Of a DNA stretch of 64,000 bases, positions 1 through 9,105 are shown one piece after another. The DNA is from an uncultured bacterium (GTDB lineage: Bacteria; AUK180): assembly GCA_937863565.1 (NCBI GenBank), contig CALMGJ010000011.1, positions 62,001 through 126,000 on the forward strand, read 5' to 3'. Made by a program: the position numbers and the translations under genes. The notes under the pieces are model-generated. The model made no database searches and was not told the DNA's origin. It worked only from the letters and a program-made list of their open reading frames with translations. Within the stretch, counting starts at the first letter, position 1; the number at the start of each line of letters is the position of its first letter.

Positions 1-1098
1 CGGGTTGCAGGTAGCATCCGCTGGCCGATATTCGAAGCGCATTACTTCGGGATCCCTGATATATCCGGGTATCCGGATCGCGCTTGTCCGGTTAGACGGC
101 GAATAGCATACGGCCGTAGGCGCCTCATAACCCGGCACCAGTCTTTTATATGAATTGGTTGAAGGATTGGCCAGTCCTGTTATCGCGTCTATATGTTCGA
201 GGATGCCGCCTATGTAATAAAGCCCGGTTTCTGAAAAATTCACGTATTTATTCCCGCTGAAGATGTTCTTGCCGTTCTTTTTAAGAAGCTGATGAACATG
301 CATTCCGCTGCCTGCGATCCTGTAAAGAGGTTTCGGCATGAAAGTAGCGACCTTATTGTAACGCGCGGCAATGTTCCGGATGAAGTATTTAGCCAGGATG
401 ACCTCGTCGCAGCTTCTAAGAAGCGGTTTGAAATCGAGCTCAAATTCATGCTGTCCCGGTACGCCGCATTCATGATGGCTTACTTTGATATCGATGCCTA
501 TCTTTTCGATAAGATCGGTCAATTCCGTTCTGATGTCAAGGCCTTTATCAAAAGGAGGCACGGCTCCGTACCCGCCTTCCTTATGGAATTTATAACCGAA
601 ATTCTCCTTATCCGTGCTTTCGCAAGAATAGAATTGAGCCGATATCCTCATCGGATCGGTATCGAAGGTGTAACCGTCAAAAATGAAGAATTCGAGTTCC
701 GGTATCCAGTATGATTCATCTGCGATCCCGAGCTCTTTCAATGCTCCGGTTGCGCGGATGGCCGTTTGCCTCGGACACAAGGGAAATGGTCCGTCTTTTG
801 CCGCATAAGTTACATTGCACAGAAAAGAAAGTGTTTTTTGCGGAAAGAACGGATCCAGAAATCCCGTGTCGATGTCCGGAACAAGCCTCAGATCGCTCGA
901 CTCCACAGTAGCATATCCTCCGACGGAAGACCCGTCGGCGCCGATCCCCTCCTTAAAGAGTTTTTTATCAAGTTTCGAAGCCGGTATCGTGAAGTGTTTC
1001 AGCTGGCCCGAGAGATTGGCCACCTTGATGTCAAGGAATTTTACGCCTTCGCGCTCGATTATCTCATTGTACTTTTCCAGGCCCGATTTGATGTCCAT
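1..1098 (-). CDS. glnA: Glutamine synthetase type I (3' end runs off the window; absent from ORF track)
   Basis: Manual translation from ATG at 1098 (GGAG RBS upstream): MDIKSGLEKY...DGSSV...PELEFF...HHEC...QHEFE...ATFMPKP...GSGMHVHQ...NPSTNSYKRLVPGYEAP...NRTSAIRIP...RFEYRPADATCNP; frame open to position 1. Confidence 0.95.
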   Translation of the reverse strand, partial: MDIKSGLEKYNEIIEREGVKFLDIKVANLSGQLKHFTIPASKLDKKLFKEGIGADGSSVGGYATVESSDLRLVPDIDTGFLDPFFPQKTLSFLCNVTYAAKDGPFPLCPRQTAIRATGALKELGIADESYWIPELEFFIFDGYTFDTDPMRISAQFYSCESTDKENFGYKFHKEGGYGAVPPFDKGLDIRTELTDLIEKIGIDIKVSHHECGVPGQHEFELDFKPLLRSCDEVILAKYFIRNIAARYNKVATFMPKPLYRIAGSGMHVHQLLKKNGKNIFSGNKYVNFSETGLYYIGGILEHIDAITGLANPSTNSYKRLVPGYEAPTAVCYSPSNRTSAIRIPGYIRDPEVMRFEYRPADATCNP

Positions 1099-1102
1099 CG
1101 AT

Positions 1103-2299
1103 TCACTCCTCTATTCTAACTCTGAAAATGATCCTTTTTCCGGCGCGGATTATTCCCGATGCCGATATTTTCATTCCCTGATCGGTCACCTTCTCGCTCT
1201 CGAAGAACACCGCGTTCTGTATGATCAACCGCTTTATTTCGCCTTTGGACATGTCCTTCGCGAAAGCGGCTATGATATTCGTGATCGTGTCCGGTGCTGC
1301 AGATATCTCCGGGATGTCCTCGGGTATCCCTTTTTTCACGAACCTTGTGATGAAATCATTTTCAGCCGTTGCCGCATCTTCTTTTCCGCAGAGCCATTCC
1401 GTCATCTCCCGCGCGAATTCCATCTTGGGATCCCGGGGATTCACCGTGCCTTTCTGAAGGGCATCAACGATCTCGGATTTCATCCTTTCTTCTTTTTCGG
1501 AAAGAAGGCCTATATATTTCGGCAGTATCTCGTCGGGAACGGACATGATCTTTCCGAACATGTCTTTAGGCCCGTCATTGATGCCTATATAGTTGCCGAG
1601 ACTTTTGCTCATCTTCTGTTTTCCGTCAAGACCCTCTATGATAGGCATGATAAGAGCGGTCTGCGGTTCAAGCCCGTACCGTTCCTGCAGTATTCGTCCT
1701 ACGATGAGATTGAATTCCTGGTCCGTTCCCCCGAGTTCGATATCGGCTTTTATTGCTACAGAATCGTAGCCCTGAACAAGCGGATACAGGAATTCAAGGA
1801 TGGATATCGGGGATTCTTTTTTAAACCTCTCAGCAAAATCATTCCGCTCCAGCATGCGCGCTACTGTATATTTAGAAGTAATATCGAGGAATTGATAGAC
1901 ATTGATCTTTTCAAACCATTCGCTGTTGAAGCGGATGTCCGTCCGGTCCCTGTCGAGTACCTTGAAAATCTGTTTGGCATATGTATCGGCATTCGCTGCG
2001 GCCTGATCCCTGGAAAGGCGGGGGCGTGTTTCGTTTTTACCTGTCGGGTCTCCGATCATTGCCGTGAAATCGCCGATGATGAAAACGATCTTATGTCCTT
2101 GGCGCTGGAAATCCCGCAATTTTTTCAAGACCACAAGATGTCCGAAATGGATGTCGGGCGCGGAAGGGTCGGCGCCGAGTTTAACGATCAAGGGCTTTTT
2201 ACGGGAAACGGATGTCTCGAGCTTTTCGGAAAGGCCGGTCTCGGGAATTATCTTGTAGACGTTTCTTTTTAGGATCTCAAGCGCGCCTTTAATCATCAT
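1103..2299 (-). CDS. tyrS: Tyrosine--tRNA ligase
   Basis: KLGADPSAPDIHFGH (HIGH-type), YPLVQGYD, GGTDQEFN, KMSKS motifs, C-terminal S4-like region. Confidence 0.97.
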   Translation of the reverse strand: MMIKGALEILKRNVYKIIPETGLSEKLETSVSRKKPLIVKLGADPSAPDIHFGHLVVLKKLRDFQRQGHKIVFIIGDFTAMIGDPTGKNETRPRLSRDQAAANADTYAKQIFKVLDRDRTDIRFNSEWFEKINVYQFLDITSKYTVARMLERNDFAERFKKESPISILEFLYPLVQGYDSVAIKADIELGGTDQEFNLIVGRILQERYGLEPQTALIMPIIEGLDGKQKMSKSLGNYIGINDGPKDMFGKIMSVPDEILPKYIGLLSEKEERMKSEIVDALQKGTVNPRDPKMEFAREMTEWLCGKEDAATAENDFITRFVKKGIPEDIPEISAAPDTITNIIAAFAKDMSKGEIKRLIIQNAVFFESEKVTDQGMKISASGIIRAGKRIIFRVRIEE

Positions 2300-4041
2300 T
2301 CGTCCAGGCCCAGGCGGTCTCTGAACACCTTGACCTTATACCTTTCCTTGAGGTACTGCAGGAATTCCGCGAACATAGTATAAGAGTACATCTTCTCGAA
2401 AAGAGCGTTCGCATCGGGATTGAATTCCGAGGAAAGCGGGAGAAGGTTTTTTCTGTTCAGTTTGAGAAGATAGATATCCGAATCATGTTCTATGGCCGAG
2501 AAATCCCCCTTGACCATCGAATCCAGGGCCTCTTTTATCTTGTCCGTCAGTATCACCGCCGTATCATAGGCCGGCGTTTCCTTTTTGGGTTCGCCGAAGA
2601 TGGCTTTTATGATCTCGTCACCGCCGTCAAAGGTCGCTTTTGCGAACTTCATTTCAAAAGACAGCGTGGAGCTGTTCTTCTCGGCATATTCTTTTATCTT
2701 TTCTTTGAAAATGTTCTTCTTGACGATCGGGGCTACATTTTCAACCTTTTTATAGAAGCCGTCCTTCTTCTCGATAAGCTGGAAAACGATATATTTGCCC
2801 GTATTGGGATCGTCTCCGCCGGACTGAACAAAGAAAGGATATCCTGCCGTTTCGTCTTTTCCGTAGTCGAAAAGGTCCTTCATCTGCACATAGGGCAGTT
2901 CGTCTTCCCCGATGAGTTTGGTTGTTTTCACATCCGTGAATATATCGCTCAGCTTCTCTCCCTTGACCAGTCGCGAGTATATTTCGAGGGCTTTATTGCC
3001 GATATTGTCTTTCATCTCCTCGGAGACCTTGACCTTCATGAGGATGTAACGCGCCTTAACCTTTTCTTTACCCGCCTCGGTCTTCCGCTCCTCGGTCTTC
3101 ACGATCGCGATTCCTTCATCAAACTGGAAGGGGGCGGATATCTTGCCTTCCGAAAGAGCAAATGCCGCTTTTGTGATCTCCTTTTTCAGCGTATCCCTGT
3201 CGAACCATCCGAGATCGCCTCCCGAAGAGGCATTGCTCGCCTCCGAATATATCTTTGCCGCATCTTCAAATGAATATTTTCCGGCATTGATCTCGGAGGC
3301 CATATCGGTAAGCTGCCTGGAGATCCTGTTCACGTCTTCCTTTGTGGTTTCGACCGGGATCTCCTTATAGGCGATCCTGATAAGGGGTTTTACAAAAAAA
3401 TCCTCCATGTGTTTCGCATAATAGTCATTGATCTCCTCGTTGGAGACGGGCACTTTATCCATAAGGCCGTCTATCGCCGATCTTGCCCATTCGAAATCAT
3501 ATATCATCATGGGGAATCTGGAAGAATCGTTCAGATACAAGGGCGATATTAGGCTGGAGTTCAGAATAAGGCCGTTCAATTCTTTAAAAAGAAGCTGCAT
3601 CCTGAGCTGGGATTCGTACATTTCGGGACTTATATTATTGCGTTTCAGGACCTCGACATACTTGTCATAAGAGAAAACGCCGTTCTCCTGGAAATACGGA
3701 TGTTCCTCGACGGCATTCTGAATATCCTTCTCGTCTATACGGACTTTCAGCTCATTGGCGAATTTAAGCATGACCGCTTCCGAAATAAAGGAATCGAGTA
3801 CGTCTTGTTTCACTTTTTTCTCGTCAAGCTCCTTGCCTTCCTGCCTAATATAGTCCATAGTTTTCTGGACCCTTTCCAGATATTCGGTCAGCGTGTAATT
3901 GGTCCCTCCGATCTTGAAAGCAGAATCTTTCTTTGTTTCCATGTAAGAAACGCCGCTCAATATTACGAATCCGACAATGAAAATGATCACGACGAACCAT
4001 ATTATTGCCGAAAAATGCTTCCTGAAGAACTTCATTACCAT
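2296..4041 (-). CDS. PpiD/SurA-like membrane-anchored peptidyl-prolyl isomerase/chaperone
   Basis: N-terminal TM helix, SurA-N-like region, parvulin motif SFEDAAKIYSE...GGDLGWF; start moved to ATG 4041 because GGAGG lies at 4050-4054. Confidence 0.85.
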   Translation of the reverse strand: MVMKFFRKHFSAIIWFVVIIFIVGFVILSGVSYMETKKDSAFKIGGTNYTLTEYLERVQKTMDYIRQEGKELDEKKVKQDVLDSFISEAVMLKFANELKVRIDEKDIQNAVEEHPYFQENGVFSYDKYVEVLKRNNISPEMYESQLRMQLLFKELNGLILNSSLISPLYLNDSSRFPMMIYDFEWARSAIDGLMDKVPVSNEEINDYYAKHMEDFFVKPLIRIAYKEIPVETTKEDVNRISRQLTDMASEINAGKYSFEDAAKIYSEASNASSGGDLGWFDRDTLKKEITKAAFALSEGKISAPFQFDEGIAIVKTEERKTEAGKEKVKARYILMKVKVSEEMKDNIGNKALEIYSRLVKGEKLSDIFTDVKTTKLIGEDELPYVQMKDLFDYGKDETAGYPFFVQSGGDDPNTGKYIVFQLIEKKDGFYKKVENVAPIVKKNIFKEKIKEYAEKNSSTLSFEMKFAKATFDGGDEIIKAIFGEPKKETPAYDTAVILTDKIKEALDSMVKGDFSAIEHDSDIYLLKLNRKNLLPLSSEFNPDANALFEKMYSYTMFAEFLQYLKERYKVKVFRDRLGLDE

Positions 4042-4062
4042 AACAAAAACCTCCAAAATCGG

Positions 4063-4112
4063 TTGAAATATAGCGAAAAATGTATTATAATTCAAATTAA
4101 AGAATTAGTCAA
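4063..4112. promoter_or_regulatory. Bidirectional sigma70-type promoter with overlapping -10 boxes
   Basis: + strand TTGAAA(4063-68)-17bp-TATAAT(4086-91); - strand TTGACT(4112-4107)-17bp-TATAAT(4089-4084). Confidence 0.75.
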
Positions 4113-4121
4113 ACGATTTTT

Positions 4122-5096
4122 ATGATAGAAATAAAAAGAGAACAAAAGCCTTTGCGGGTGCCGGTAGTGGCGATACTGTTCTACATCGCCGTATTGGTCA
4201 GCCTTATCTTCACTATAAAAAAGTTCGTCATCAAACCGGATGAGAGCAAATTACTTTCCGCTTTGCGCAGCGATCCTGTAAATTCGGGGAAGGCATATGA
4301 TCTTGCCAGGTATTATCATGGCGCGGGGGAGTTCGGGAAAGCCGCCGTTTATTATAAGCAGGGATTGGCTCTGTCCGCCGAAGGGACAGCATCTTGCGAT
4401 ATCTATTACGAATTGGCGGAAACCCTTATTAAAACGAAGCAGTTCGACGCCGTTTACTATATCGAAAAAGCGCTCGGAAGCGATTGTCAAGAGGAACGTT
4501 TTCTTTCTTTATACGAAGATGCGGTGATCATGATAACGGACAAGATCGCTTCTCATATCGCGCATTACAGGGATAATGATATTTCCGTCCGTAAACACAA
4601 GGAGATCAGGGATTTTTATATAAAGAAGGGTTTTGTATTGTCATTTTACTTCGATACTCCGAGAAAGGACGTTTTTTATCGTCTTTTTTCATCCCTTTTT
4701 CCCGACAGAGCAAAGAGATTCAGCGGTTATAACGGGAAAGAACCGTCGCATCTTTTCGAATTGGGAAAACTGGCGAACGAGGCGGAAATGTACGATATTG
4801 CCGAATCTTTGCTTCGCAAGGCATTGCCGGGGCTTTCGGGCGAAAACCGCGGGATAAGCCTGTATTATCTCGGTTTCAATGAATACCGTAAAGCAAAATA
4901 TTCCGCTGCCCTGGAACTCTACCTTGACGCAAAAAAATATTATAATACTACAAAGCTCAATTACTGGCTCGCAAAAACATACTGGGAACTCGGAATGAAG
5001 GATAAAGCGAGGCAGGCCATTGAATTCACGTTAAAAATGGATCCAAAATACCGGGATGCCTTGGAATTCAAACAGAAGATAACAAAAGGAGAATAG
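4122..5096 (+). CDS. Membrane-anchored tetratricopeptide repeat protein
   Basis: N-terminal hydrophobic helix and TPR-like helices (AYDLARYYHGAGEFGKAAVYYKQGL; YWLAKTYWELGMKDKARQAIEFTLKMDP); ends 2 nt before mreB. Confidence 0.75.
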   Translation: MIEIKREQKPLRVPVVAILFYIAVLVSLIFTIKKFVIKPDESKLLSALRSDPVNSGKAYDLARYYHGAGEFGKAAVYYKQGLALSAEGTASCDIYYELAETLIKTKQFDAVYYIEKALGSDCQEERFLSLYEDAVIMITDKIASHIAHYRDNDISVRKHKEIRDFYIKKGFVLSFYFDTPRKDVFYRLFSSLFPDRAKRFSGYNGKEPSHLFELGKLANEAEMYDIAESLLRKALPGLSGENRGISLYYLGFNEYRKAKYSAALELYLDAKKYYNTTKLNYWLAKTYWELGMKDKARQAIEFTLKMDPKYRDALEFKQKITKGE

Positions 5097-5098
5097 AT

Positions 5099-6100
5099 AT
5101 GTTCCTCAATTTTTTGAAAAGCCTTTTTTCTCTCGACATTGGGATCGATCTCGGCACAGCCAATATACTTGTTTTCGTCAAGGGTAAAGGTATCGTCTGT
5201 TCCGAGCCTTCGGTCGTTGCCACGCGTGAGGACGGCTCTCCGATAGCATTCGGGGCGGAGGCTAAAATGATGCTCGGTAAAACGCCGGGTGAAATAAAAG
5301 CTATCAGACCGCTCAAAGACGGTGTTATCGCTTATTTCGAAGAAACAGAGGACATGCTGAAATATTTTATCCGGAAGGTCCACAATAAGCATAGTTTCGT
5401 TGCACCCCGTATAGTGATCTCAATCCCTTACGGCATTACTAAAGTAGAGAGGAAGGCCGTTGAAGAGGCCACTCTTGCGGCCGGCGCAAGAAAGGTCTAC
5501 CTCATTGAAGAACCGCGGGCGGCGGCCATCGGGGCGGGGCTGGCGGTCAATGAACCGCGCGGATGCATGATCGTTGATATCGGAGGGGGTACCACTGAAG
5601 TTGCCATTCTTTCTCTCGGAGGTATAGTCATAGCCAATTCGATCAGATACGCAGGGGATAAGATGGACCAGCATATCATCGAATATATCCGGAATGAGCA
5701 TAATCTGCTCATCGGAGAAAGGACTGCGGAATCAATCAAGCTCAATATCGGTTCCGCTTTTCAGCTTGAAGAGGAGCTCACGATGGATATCAGCGGCCGG
5801 GAGATCGTATCCGGCCTGCCTAGGAATATCACGGTCCGTTCGGAAGAGATCCGGCAGGCATTGACTGTCCCTATCAATGCGATCGTGAACATCATAAAAC
5901 TCACGTTGGAAAAGACCCCTCCCGAGCTCAGTTCGGACATCGCTGAGGACGGCATCATGATCGCCGGCGGCGGCGCTCTCATCCGGGCGCTCGATAAGAA
6001 GATCAATGCCGAAACGGGACTGAAAGTGAAGATAGCAGAAGACCCGCTGACATGCGTCGTAAAAGGTACGGGTAAAATACTGGAAACGCTGGATAAATGA
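5099..6100 (+). CDS. mreB: Rod shape-determining protein MreB
   Basis: IGIDLGTAN, IRPLKDGVIA, IEEPRAAAIGAG, VDIGGGTTEVA, GGGAL motifs. Confidence 0.97.
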   Translation: MFLNFLKSLFSLDIGIDLGTANILVFVKGKGIVCSEPSVVATREDGSPIAFGAEAKMMLGKTPGEIKAIRPLKDGVIAYFEETEDMLKYFIRKVHNKHSFVAPRIVISIPYGITKVERKAVEEATLAAGARKVYLIEEPRAAAIGAGLAVNEPRGCMIVDIGGGTTEVAILSLGGIVIANSIRYAGDKMDQHIIEYIRNEHNLLIGERTAESIKLNIGSAFQLEEELTMDISGREIVSGLPRNITVRSEEIRQALTVPINAIVNIIKLTLEKTPPELSSDIAEDGIMIAGGGALIRALDKKINAETGLKVKIAEDPLTCVVKGTGKILETLDK

Positions 6101-6933
6101 AAAATGCCTTCCGGCATTATCAATATTTCCTGCTTCTGATAATTTCTGTTTTCTACTTTTTCTTTTATGAGAGAAGCGCCGTTTCCTATCTTGTCTATTC
6201 CGTCACAAGTCCCGTTGCTGATTTCGCGTCCAGGGTCTGGACTAATGTCACTCACTCTGTACTGAAAGCCCGGGAGCTCTCTTCCCTTAAGAAAGAGAAC
6301 GAACTTATGAAAAGCCTCCTTGCTAAAAAAGATGCAGAGATAAGGATTCTTCGAACCGGGCTGCTCCGCGCAAAACAAGCCGGGAAAGAGTTTGATTTCA
6401 TCAACCGTTCAGATGCCGAATTTCTCGGCACATTTCCGGTCATCACTTTCTACCGTCTTTTCGATAAATGGTTCTTTGTTCTTAACTGCGGAGAAAAGGA
6501 TGGAATAAGGAAAGGAGATTTCCTTTCTTTCCAGGGTAATCTAACGGGACGGATATCAAAGGCGGGATTTGCAACATGCGTGGCGGATTTTATCACAAAT
6601 GAGGGCATCGTTGTGGACGGGATCGTTCCTCTCAGCCTTTCGGATACGGGCAGCAACGGTATTAGCGAGGTCAGCATACTCGGGTTCTGCGCTCATCAGG
6701 GTTCGGAGTTCATTTTCTCCGTGCTTGCGGAGGAGCCGGTGGAACCGGAGCGTATTATCGGCGAACCTGTTTTCTCCGGCCATCTTTCAAAGCAGTTCGG
6801 GCAGGATTTTATTATCGGGGAGATCGGAGCGCTCATCCGTCGGGATATCAATAAGTATACATTTTCCGTAAATATCCCGTATGAGCCGCGGAAGATAAGG
6901 TATTTATCCGTTTTCAGAAAAAAGCATGAGTGA
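6097..6933 (+). CDS. mreC: Rod shape-determining protein MreC (divergent)
   Basis: Overlaps mreB stop; TM helix, coiled coil (LKKENELMK), LNCGEKDGIRKGD...GNLTGRI pattern. Confidence 0.75.
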   Translation: MKNAFRHYQYFLLLIISVFYFFFYERSAVSYLVYSVTSPVADFASRVWTNVTHSVLKARELSSLKKENELMKSLLAKKDAEIRILRTGLLRAKQAGKEFDFINRSDAEFLGTFPVITFYRLFDKWFFVLNCGEKDGIRKGDFLSFQGNLTGRISKAGFATCVADFITNEGIVVDGIVPLSLSDTGSNGISEVSILGFCAHQGSEFIFSVLAEEPVEPERIIGEPVFSGHLSKQFGQDFIIGEIGALIRRDINKYTFSVNIPYEPRKIRYLSVFRKKHE

Positions 6934-7390
6934 TTATTCTTTCAATATTATTCTGCTTTTTCTCAATTCCGCCCTTTTTGTGATTGTTCCCGGCTTTTTT
7001 GTCGCCTTTGACCTTCTGCCGTCCATTTGCGGGAATATCATTGAGCGGAAGAAGCACTATCCGTTATCCGCGGCCGTTTTAGTGCTGATCTGTCTCGCCG
7101 CACCCATCTATTTCAGATACACCTTGTATTTCCCGCTTTTCTTCCTTCTCTATTTCATCTTTTTCAGATTCATAAAAAAGATCGCCGGCTTCAATCCTTT
7201 TTACAGGCTGTATATTTATGTGCTGCTCTGTCTTTTGATGATACTTTTTAAGATTCTCTTTTTCATGATCGCCGGCTTCAAACTTTCCCTGCCCGCAGTG
7301 GAACTTCTGCTTGTGAACCTGCTTCTGAATTTTTTATTTCTCGAGATCACGAAAAAGACAAGGGAGCGTGGCGAACATACAACTTTTTAA
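6926..7390 (+). CDS. mreD: MreD-like polytopic membrane protein
   Basis: 154 aa, several TM helices, position after mreBC; assignment mainly by synteny. Confidence 0.55.
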   Translation: MSDYSFNIILLFLNSALFVIVPGFFVAFDLLPSICGNIIERKKHYPLSAAVLVLICLAAPIYFRYTLYFPLFFLLYFIFFRFIKKIAGFNPFYRLYIYVLLCLLMILFKILFFMIAGFKLSLPAVELLLVNLLLNFLFLEITKKTRERGEHTTF

Positions 7391-7493
7391 TGCCTCCGTT
7401 GTGGTTTTAACCTCAATATCACTTTCTAACTAAATCGCTTTACCCAACAATAAACAATTTACATTTGGCACAGTTCTTGTTAATATGTATTGT

Positions 7494-8363
7494 ATGAAAA
7501 TGCAGACCATAAAAGACGACATTCGGCTCGAAGGCGTCGGGCTTCATTCGGGTAAGACGGTAAAATTGACCATACGCCCGAGCGATCACGGGAAGATCGT
7601 TTTCCTCAGCGGAGGGTCCCGTATAGAAGCCGTATTCCGGAATGTCGTCGATACTACGCTCGCAGTGAGTTTGGGCGCAGAAGGGCGCGTGATCTCCACT
7701 GTGGAACATCTCCTTTCCGCACTTCATGCAAAGGGCATCGGAAGCGCGGAGATCGAAGTAAACGGCCCCGAGATACCGATTTTTGACGGCAGCGCGAAGA
7801 TCTATATAGATGCAATTAATTCTGTCGGAAAAGAACGGCTGGACATTGATCAGGTTTTTTTTACGGTGAAGAAGCCTCTCGAGATCCGAGCGCATGATAA
7901 ATATGTTCTGTTCCTTCCCGGCGATAAATTCCAGATTAAATATACGATCTCATTCGACCATCCGCTTCTTGACAGGATAACTGAAGAGTATGCCGTTACC
8001 GAGGACCTTTTCGATAAAGAGATCGGCATCTCAAGAACATTCACCTTTCTCAATGTAATAAGTGATCTTAAAGAGAAAGGTCTCATTAAAGGCGGCTCTT
8101 TCGACAACGCTCTCGTTCTGGACGGGAACGGCATCGTGAACGGAGAGGAAAGGATTAAAAACGAATGTCTTAAACATAAAGTATTAGACCTTCTCGGCGA
8201 TATCTATCTTCTCGGTCTTCCGTTCCGCGGGAAGATCATCGCTTATAAAAGCGGCCACCATTTGAATTGGAGAGCGGCTAAAACTCTGGCAGAAGCAGGA
8301 AAGGAAAGGCCCTTGCGTAAACCCTTGTTCGCTGCAAGAACCGCTGTCCACTACGACAGATAA
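7494..8363 (+). CDS. lpxC: UDP-3-O-acyl-N-acetylglucosamine deacetylase
   Basis: GVGLHSG, TVEHLLSAL, EIPIFDGSA, HKVLDLLGD, KSGH motifs; start could be 7485, 7494 or 7500. Confidence 0.96.
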   Translation: MKMQTIKDDIRLEGVGLHSGKTVKLTIRPSDHGKIVFLSGGSRIEAVFRNVVDTTLAVSLGAEGRVISTVEHLLSALHAKGIGSAEIEVNGPEIPIFDGSAKIYIDAINSVGKERLDIDQVFFTVKKPLEIRAHDKYVLFLPGDKFQIKYTISFDHPLLDRITEEYAVTEDLFDKEIGISRTFTFLNVISDLKEKGLIKGGSFDNALVLDGNGIVNGEERIKNECLKHKVLDLLGDIYLLGLPFRGKIIAYKSGHHLNWRAAKTLAEAGKERPLRKPLFAARTAVHYDR

Positions 8364-8388
8364 CCCCCAATCACCCGATTTCATATCG

Positions 8389-8428
8389 AGGCAGGCACTT
8401 ATATAGTGCCTGCCTTCCCTTTTCTTTA
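8389..8428 (+). terminator. Intrinsic terminator after lpxC
   Basis: 11-bp perfect stem AGGCAGGCACT/AGTGCCTGCCT followed by a T-rich tract. Confidence 0.8.
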
Positions 8429-8489
8429 TACGCTTCGCTTCATTATTAAGTTGGCGGAGGACCGCTTTATGGTTGAAGGTAAAACCTTC

Positions 8490-8552
8490 CTCAAGTTGAC
8501 ATAAGAATGTCTTAAGTTGACATAAGAATGTCTTAAGTTGACATAAGAATGT
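8490..8552. repeat. Three tandem 21-bp repeats CT(C/T)AAGTTGACATAAGAATGT
   Basis: Units at 8490-8510, 8511-8531 and 8532-8552; one mismatch in the first. Confidence 0.95.
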
Positions 8553-8606
8553 CCTCCAGTTAACGAGTTTATTTGTATTTGTTCAACTCTCAATTTATTT
8601 GAACTG

Positions 8607-9105
8607 TTCACTTTTCACTATTAGTTGTCCGCTTGATCATCTGGCTTCAAGCCAATGTCCATTGGCTATGAGCAGCAGGCGTCTCATTTCTTACTCAATT
8701 CTGATGCGCTGGGACACACCTTAAGAAAGGAATGTCCCGAATCCACGCCTTGCCGATCTTTGCCTATTTTTTACTGAATAATAATTCTATCCACAACTAT
8801 TCACTGTTCACTATTCACTTTTCACTATTAGTTGTCCGCTTGATCATCTGGCTTCAAGCCAATGTCCATTGGCTATGAGCAGCAGGGTTCGCCTACAAGT
8901 AATCCGCCTGACGGCGTATTCTCGCAGGCCGCCCCTCGCGGTGCTCGCCTTGCCTTCGGCAAACTCGCACAACGCTGCGGGCTTCGAATCCCTGTCGCGA
9001 CATGAAGCAGTTCATGTCTCTCTCCCAAAAGATATTATTGTGATTCTTACTTTAACTATTAACTATTCACTTTTCACTATTAGTTGTCCGCTTGATCATC
9101 TGGCT
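8607..9105 (-). repeat. Three direct repeats containing the tRNA-Gln 3' end and trailer
   Basis: Identical 73-bp copies at 8607-8679 and 8814-8886; their first 40 bp recur at 9066-9105, overlapping the tRNA CCA end. Confidence 0.93.

Noticed and set aside
815-2272. 485-aa + strand ORF, and similar long ORFs at 23796-25271, 36015-36824, 39141-40316, 52571-53776
   Set aside because: Antisense shadows of well-supported genes; no recognisable motifs
7368-7433. 21-codon GTG ORF after mreD as a possible mrdA remnant
   Set aside because: Too short, RBS spacing poor, no PBP2 similarity visible
8426-8611. 61-aa ORF with HSYVNLR repeats
   Set aside because: By-product of the 21-bp tandem repeat; no RBS or coding support
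8490-9105. Possible CRISPR array
   Set aside because: The 21-bp repeats have no spacers; the 73-bp repeats have spacers far too long; no cas genes in the window
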